A stretch of DNA of 10,526 nucleotides from Chitinivibrionales bacterium. GTDB lineage: Bacteria; Fibrobacterota; Chitinivibrionia; Chitinivibrionales; WJKA01. The stretch covers positions 1 to 10,526 of the forward strand of contig JBBRUX010000074.1 in the NCBI GenBank assembly GCA_038247415.1, in the 5' to 3' direction. The position numbers and the translations under genes are program-made. Below are positions 5,715-10,526 of the stretch, piece by piece. The notes beneath the pieces are model-generated. The model was given only the letters and a program-made list of their open reading frames with translations. It did not search any database and was not told where the DNA came from. Within the stretch, counting starts at the first letter, position 1. The number at the start of each line of letters is the position of its first letter.

Positions 5715-6461
5715 ATGTCGGGTCATTCCAAGTGGGCTACTATTAAACGAGCAAAAGGCAAGACCGACGCTGCTCGTGGCAAAATATTTAACCGCCTAAT
5801 TCGAGAAATTACCATAGCTGCTCGCGCTGGTGGTGGTGATCGCGAAGGCAACCCCCGGTTACGCGCTGCAATTGGCAATGCCAAAGCTCAAAATATGCCC
5901 AGCAAAAATATCGATAATGCTATCGCTAAAGGAACGGGCAGTCTCGAGGGAGTAAATTACGAAGAATTGGTTCTCGAAGGTTTTGGTCCTGCTGGTATCG
6001 CATTTTTGGTTGAAGCCATGACCGATAATAGAAATCGCACGGTTGGCGAAGTTCGCCATGCATTTACTAAAGCAGGCGGTAACCTTGGTGCTGCTAATTC
6101 GGTAAGCCGGCTCTTTAAAACACGTGGTCAAATTAGAGTGGCACTCGAATCTGCTAAAGAAGATCAACTTATGGAAATTGCACTCGAAGCCGGCGCCGAA
6201 GATATGTCTACCGACGATGAGGGCTACGATATTATCACTCCCGTCGACTCGTTTGAAGCGGTGCGGAGCGCTTTGGTTAAACTTGGTATCGAGCCAACAT
6301 CTGCAGAACTCACTAAAATTGCAGAAACTACCATGCCCGTTACGGGAGATGCTGTAGCCAAGGTACTTAAGCTCGAAGACGCTCTCGATGATCTCGATGA
6401 TGTGCAACACGTTTATGGCAATTTTGAAATTAGCGACGAAGACCTGGCCAATCTTGGCTAA
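5715..6461 (+). CDS. yebC: YebC/PmpR (TACO1) family protein
   Basis: MSGHSKWATIKRAKG...GNPRLR...EGFGPAG...TDNRNRT...LDDLDDVQHVYGN. Canonical position before ruvC; GAGG RBS. Confidence 0.97.
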   Translation: MSGHSKWATIKRAKGKTDAARGKIFNRLIREITIAARAGGGDREGNPRLRAAIGNAKAQNMPSKNIDNAIAKGTGSLEGVNYEELVLEGFGPAGIAFLVEAMTDNRNRTVGEVRHAFTKAGGNLGAANSVSRLFKTRGQIRVALESAKEDQLMEIALEAGAEDMSTDDEGYDIITPVDSFEAVRSALVKLGIEPTSAELTKIAETTMPVTGDAVAKVLKLEDALDDLDDVQHVYGNFEISDEDLANLG

Positions 6462-6470
6462 GAGGAATGC

Positions 6471-7049
6471 ATGATATTCTTTGGTATCGATCCAGGAACC
6501 GCGATAACGGGTTACGGTGTTGTTCGTACCGAAGGAAATCGTATATTCTGGGTCGATAGCGGGGCGATAGTTACGAAGCCCGCTATGACTCTTCCCGAAA
6601 AATTACTCTGCATATACGATGGACTGTTCGAAAAAATAGCAGCCCATACCCCAAATTCTGTATGCATCGAGCAAGCCTTTTATGCTAAAAATGTTCACAC
6701 AACGCTCATATTGGGGCATGCACGTGGAGCAGCTATGCTTGCAGCGGTTAAACACGGCGTGCCTGTTGCAGAGTTTACACCACGAGAAGTCAAAAAATCT
6801 ATTGTGGGCAATGGCAATGCAGAAAAGCAACAGGTAGAATACATGATTCGCCTGTTGCTTTCGCCTCCCGATGGTTGTAATCTTCCCGATGCATTCGATG
6901 CGCTTGCAATTGCTCTCTGTGGATTCTATCATGGGGTAGAGCGTAGTGTGCAGAGCCTTGGCAAACCGCACACAGCATCTATTCCAAAATCGTCTCGTTC
7001 ATTTCGAACGCTTGACAAAAAATCATTGGCAGCACTGGGGATAACATGA
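6471..7049 (+). CDS. ruvC: Holliday junction resolvase RuvC
   Basis: GIDPGTAITGYG, CIEQAF, LGHARG, VKKSIVGNGNAEKQQV, DAFDALAIA; catalytic D/E/D/D present. Confidence 0.97.
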   Translation: MIFFGIDPGTAITGYGVVRTEGNRIFWVDSGAIVTKPAMTLPEKLLCIYDGLFEKIAAHTPNSVCIEQAFYAKNVHTTLILGHARGAAMLAAVKHGVPVAEFTPREVKKSIVGNGNAEKQQVEYMIRLLLSPPDGCNLPDAFDALAIALCGFYHGVERSVQSLGKPHTASIPKSSRSFRTLDKKSLAALGIT

Positions 7050-7660
7050 TCGATTTTATCCGGGGTACGTTAGTTGTTAAAACGCCATCTTCTATTGTGG
7101 TAGAAGCGGGTGGTGTTGGGTATGGTATTTCTATCCCATTGTCAACCGCAGAAAAATTGCCCAATCTCAATACCGAAGTTAAAATGCTTACTCATTACCA
7201 TGTGAGAGAAGACGCGCATAAACTGTATGGTTTTTATACCGAGAATGAACGCGAAGTTTTTCGTGCGCTTATAAGTATATCAATGGTGGGGCCAAAGGTG
7301 GCACTGGGGATTTTATCGGGAGTTTCGGTGCCGGATCTTGTGAGGTCGGTAGCTTTGCAGGATGATACACGCTTGCGATCTATCTCTGGTGTAGGGCCAA
7401 AAACCGCCCAAAGACTTATTATGGAGCTAAAAGGCAAATTAAATGGACTCAGCGAAATCTCATCGCTTGAATCATCATCAGGATCCAGTAGTAATGGGTC
7501 CCAAACAAACAGTGCCGTGCGTGCAGAGGCTTTCGCTGCAATGCTATCTCTTGGGTATGTTGACAAACAGGTTCAGTCGGCACTCGCGCGGGTAGAAAAA
7601 ATTATAGATTCCGATGCGCCCGTCGAAAAGTGGATCACTATGGCGTTGCAGGTAATTTAA
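7046..7660 (+). CDS. ruvA: Holliday junction branch-migration protein RuvA
   Basis: MIDFIRG, GGVGY, VREDAHKLYGF, HhH motifs VGPKVAL and GVGPKTAQRL, domain III AMLSLGY. ATGA-type overlap with ruvC. Confidence 0.97.
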   Translation: MIDFIRGTLVVKTPSSIVVEAGGVGYGISIPLSTAEKLPNLNTEVKMLTHYHVREDAHKLYGFYTENEREVFRALISISMVGPKVALGILSGVSVPDLVRSVALQDDTRLRSISGVGPKTAQRLIMELKGKLNGLSEISSLESSSGSSSNGSQTNSAVRAEAFAAMLSLGYVDKQVQSALARVEKIIDSDAPVEKWITMALQVI

Positions 7661-7675
7661 GAGAAAGTTTATATA

Positions 7676-8719
7676 ATGGAAGATGAACGGTTAATCGGTG
7701 GTGCAAAGCGCGACAGTGATGATCAATTCGAGATCACGCTTCGTCCTCAAACGTTCGACGATTTTATCGGACAAGAATCACTCAAAGACAATCTCAGGGT
7801 TTTTGTTGCAGCTGCCAAGCAGCGCGGAGAAGCTCTGGATCATGTTTTATTCTGTGGCCCACCTGGTTTAGGCAAAACAACACTCTCGCGCATTCTTGCG
7901 GCAGAGCTAGGGGTATCAGTTCAAATCACATCTGGGCCGGTTATCGAGAAGAAAGGAGATCTGGCAGGCAATCTTACCAATTTGGCTGCTCGGGATATCC
8001 TTTTTATCGACGAAATTCATCGGCTCAACCGGATTGTAGAAGAATCACTGTATCCCGCCATGGAAGATTATGTATTCGACATAACCATTGGTGAGGGGCC
8101 ATCAGCTCGATCGGTTCGGCTTCCGCTTAAACCCTTTACCCTTGTTGGAGCTACAACCCGTACCGGCATGTTAACAGCGCCAATGCTTTCGCGCTTTGGT
8201 TATGTAGGTCGGCTTAACTACTATACTGCAGCAGATCTTAAAATTATAGCACTCAGGTCTGCCCGGATACTCGATGTCCCTTGCGAAGATCAAGCAGCGT
8301 TTGAGCTCGGGCGCCGTGCACGGGGAACTCCTCGAATTGTTAATCGTCTGCTTCGACGGTGTCGGGATGTGGCGCAAGTAAAGGGAGATGGAAGTATTAC
8401 GGTTGCTGTGGTTAAGCAAACATTGTCTATGCTTGGTGTCGACGACGAAGGTCTTGACGAAATGGATCGTCGCATTCTGCATGCTATTATAGACCATTAT
8501 CAGGGCGGGCCAGTAGGCGTAAATACCATTGCCGTCGTTGTGGGTGAAGAACCCGAAACCATAGAAGAAGTATACGAACCATTTCTTATTCAATCTGGGT
8601 ATCTTAAACGAACTCCCCGAGGTCGAGAGGTCACCGTAAAGAGTTATAAATATTTCGGTATTATTCCTCCGCAACGGGCAGAAACGCTGCAATCCGATCT
8701 CTTCGACGATAAAACCTAA
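7676..8719 (+). CDS. ruvB: Holliday junction branch-migration ATPase RuvB
   Basis: LRPQTFDDFIGQ, Walker A GPPGLGKTT, Walker B ILFIDEIHR, GATTR, RGTPR, YEPFLIQ.G.L.RTPRGR. Confidence 0.98.
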   Translation: MEDERLIGGAKRDSDDQFEITLRPQTFDDFIGQESLKDNLRVFVAAAKQRGEALDHVLFCGPPGLGKTTLSRILAAELGVSVQITSGPVIEKKGDLAGNLTNLAARDILFIDEIHRLNRIVEESLYPAMEDYVFDITIGEGPSARSVRLPLKPFTLVGATTRTGMLTAPMLSRFGYVGRLNYYTAADLKIIALRSARILDVPCEDQAAFELGRRARGTPRIVNRLLRRCRDVAQVKGDGSITVAVVKQTLSMLGVDDEGLDEMDRRILHAIIDHYQGGPVGVNTIAVVVGEEPETIEEVYEPFLIQSGYLKRTPRGREVTVKSYKYFGIIPPQRAETLQSDLFDDKT

Positions 8720-8736
8720 TAGCATGGAGCATACTT

Positions 8737-8958
8737 ATGAATAGCTGGGAAGAAGTTGGAAAGTTTTTATTATATGCCGGCCTCATTATTATTGGTCTGG
8801 GACTTTTTTTTATGGCATTTGATAAATTGCCGTTTGGTCGATTGCCAGGCGATATACGACTTATGCAGGGAAAATTAAATATCCATATACCTATAGTTAC
8901 CTGCCTTTTGGTGAGTGCTGTTATTACTATTATTATAAATGTGCTCCATAAAAGGTAA
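8737..8958 (+). CDS. DUF2905-family small membrane protein
   Basis: Two hydrophobic segments flanking GRLPGDI...IPIVTCLLVS. Typical position after ruvB; GGAG RBS. Confidence 0.88.
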   Translation: MNSWEEVGKFLLYAGLIIIGLGLFFMAFDKLPFGRLPGDIRLMQGKLNIHIPIVTCLLVSAVITIIINVLHKR

Positions 8959-8962
8959 TTCC

Positions 8963-9247
8963 ATGATTTCTGGATCTCGGGGGATCGAATATTCGGTGTT
9001 TGGAAGGGTTCAAGGAGTCGGGTTTCGGTATTTTGTGCAGGATATCGCTTTAAAGAATGGCTTAACGGGGTGGGTTCAGAATGCTTTGGATGGGTCTGTT
9101 GATGGATATGCGCATGGATCTGTGGCTACAATAGAGATTTTTATCGAAATGTTGCATGAAGGACCATTACTGAGTCGGGTAGATCGGGTTGTTGTTAACG
9201 ATCAGCCAGCTCCATGCGATGAAAAAGGATTTGCTATTAGGGCTTAA
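8963..9247 (+). CDS. acyP: Acylphosphatase
   Basis: V.GRVQGVGFR and LTGWVQN.DGSV signatures, then GP..SRV. Start set to ATG 8963 (94 aa). Confidence 0.93.
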   Translation: MISGSRGIEYSVFGRVQGVGFRYFVQDIALKNGLTGWVQNALDGSVDGYAHGSVATIEIFIEMLHEGPLLSRVDRVVVNDQPAPCDEKGFAIRA

Positions 9248-9310
9248 ATGGCGATTGTGAGGCAATTGTTAGGCTATAGATAAAAAAAAACAATAATTCT
9301 AATAAAAAAC

Positions 9311-9339
9311 TTGCGCACAACAAAGTGGTGTCGTATATT
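9311..9339 (+). promoter_or_regulatory. Sigma70 promoter upstream of tRNA-Arg, with A-rich UP-like region
   Basis: TTGCGC (9311-9316), 17 nt, TATATT (9334-9339). A-tracts upstream; boxA-like TGATCTTTGAAA at 9354-9365. Confidence 0.7.
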
Positions 9340-9394
9340 AAACGGGCTCGAAATGATCTTTGAAACAGCATTTTTCGCTTTCTACTTTATTTGC

Positions 9395-9468
9395 GCCCCT
9401 ATAGCTCAGTTGGATAGAGCACAGGTTTCCTAAACCTGGGGTCGCAGGTTCAATTCCTGCTGGGGGTA
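9395..9468 (+). tRNA. tRNA-Arg (anticodon CCT), CCA not encoded
   Basis: Acceptor GCCCCTA/TGGGGGT, D-arm GCTC/GAGC with A20, anticodon stem CAGGT/ACCTG with loop TTCCTAA (CCT at 9429-9431), T-arm GCAGG-TTCAATT-CCTGC, discriminator A. Confidence 0.97.
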
Positions 9469-9525
9469 TGTCTTCCAAACAATGAAAACATCCTGATTCA
9501 GGAAAAAGAAAACGAAGAAATAGAT

Positions 9526-9677
9526 TTGACAAGAATAAGCAAATCAAGTATATTAAAAGACTGTGAAAATTTGAAATAAAAAATATATTTGACAAACGAT
9601 TCGCAATCAATTATATTTAAATGCTGTTGAAAATGAAATAAAATAAATTTGACAAATTAAAACGCGTCAAGTATATT
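9526..9677 (+). promoter_or_regulatory. Three tandem rRNA promoters forming a degenerate ~60-63 bp repeat
   Basis: TTGACA-N17-TATATT at 9526/9549, 9589/9612 and 9649/9672, each preceded by an A-rich tract and followed by CTGT. Confidence 0.9.
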
Positions 9678-9705
9678 TTTAAACTGTAAAAAAATTTTGT
9701 TATAT

Positions 9706-9717
9706 TGCTCTTTGAAA
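9706..9717 (+). promoter_or_regulatory. rrn antitermination boxA
   Basis: TGCTCTTTGAAA between the promoters and 16S, followed by a boxC-like TGTGTG. Confidence 0.75.
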
Positions 9718-9774
9718 GCTTTGATATGTGTGATCGAATTTCTGAACATAATGTTGATTTATAATTATTAATTA

Positions 9775-10526
<752 letters not shown>

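Noticed and set aside
6940..7049. Basic C-terminal extension of RuvC
   Set aside because: Variable C-terminal tails are common in RuvC, the catalytic core is intact, and no distinct domain is recognisable.
740..8725. Overlapping alternative-frame and antisense ORFs (e.g. 1601..2095-, 2007..2435+, 4829..5509-, 5859..6410-, 8171..8725-)
   Set aside because: They are shadows of well-supported genes, with no recognisable motifs or RBS.

Overview
Bacterial chromosomal window. It is mostly core genes, with a small-gene-rich accessory patch at about 2.4-3.75 kb. In order: an AraC regulator (-) divergent from a cytoplasmic GH57 glycoside hydrolase (+); a bidirectional terminator; a ~80-100 nt GC-rich structured element; a 59-aa very acidic ORF (-) divergent from an unannotated 51-aa basic ORF (+, 2827..2982, below the ORF-track cutoff) whose VEKVHKDKSMYTRKAKH segment resembles the ArfA ribosome-rescue motif; a near-consensus sigma28 promoter ahead of a FlgM-like gene and a small YjfB-like protein; smpB; an N-acetylmuramoyl-L-alanine amidase; yebC-ruvC-ruvA-ruvB-DUF2905-acylphosphatase; tRNA-Arg(CCT); three tandem ~60-bp promoter repeats; and the 5' ~750 nt of a 16S rRNA gene. 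The strongest leads are the ArfA-like small protein ~850 bp from smpB, the sigma28/FlgM module with possible small RNAs in its leader, and the structured element at 2443-2521. All family assignments are by motif recognition only; no searches were run.
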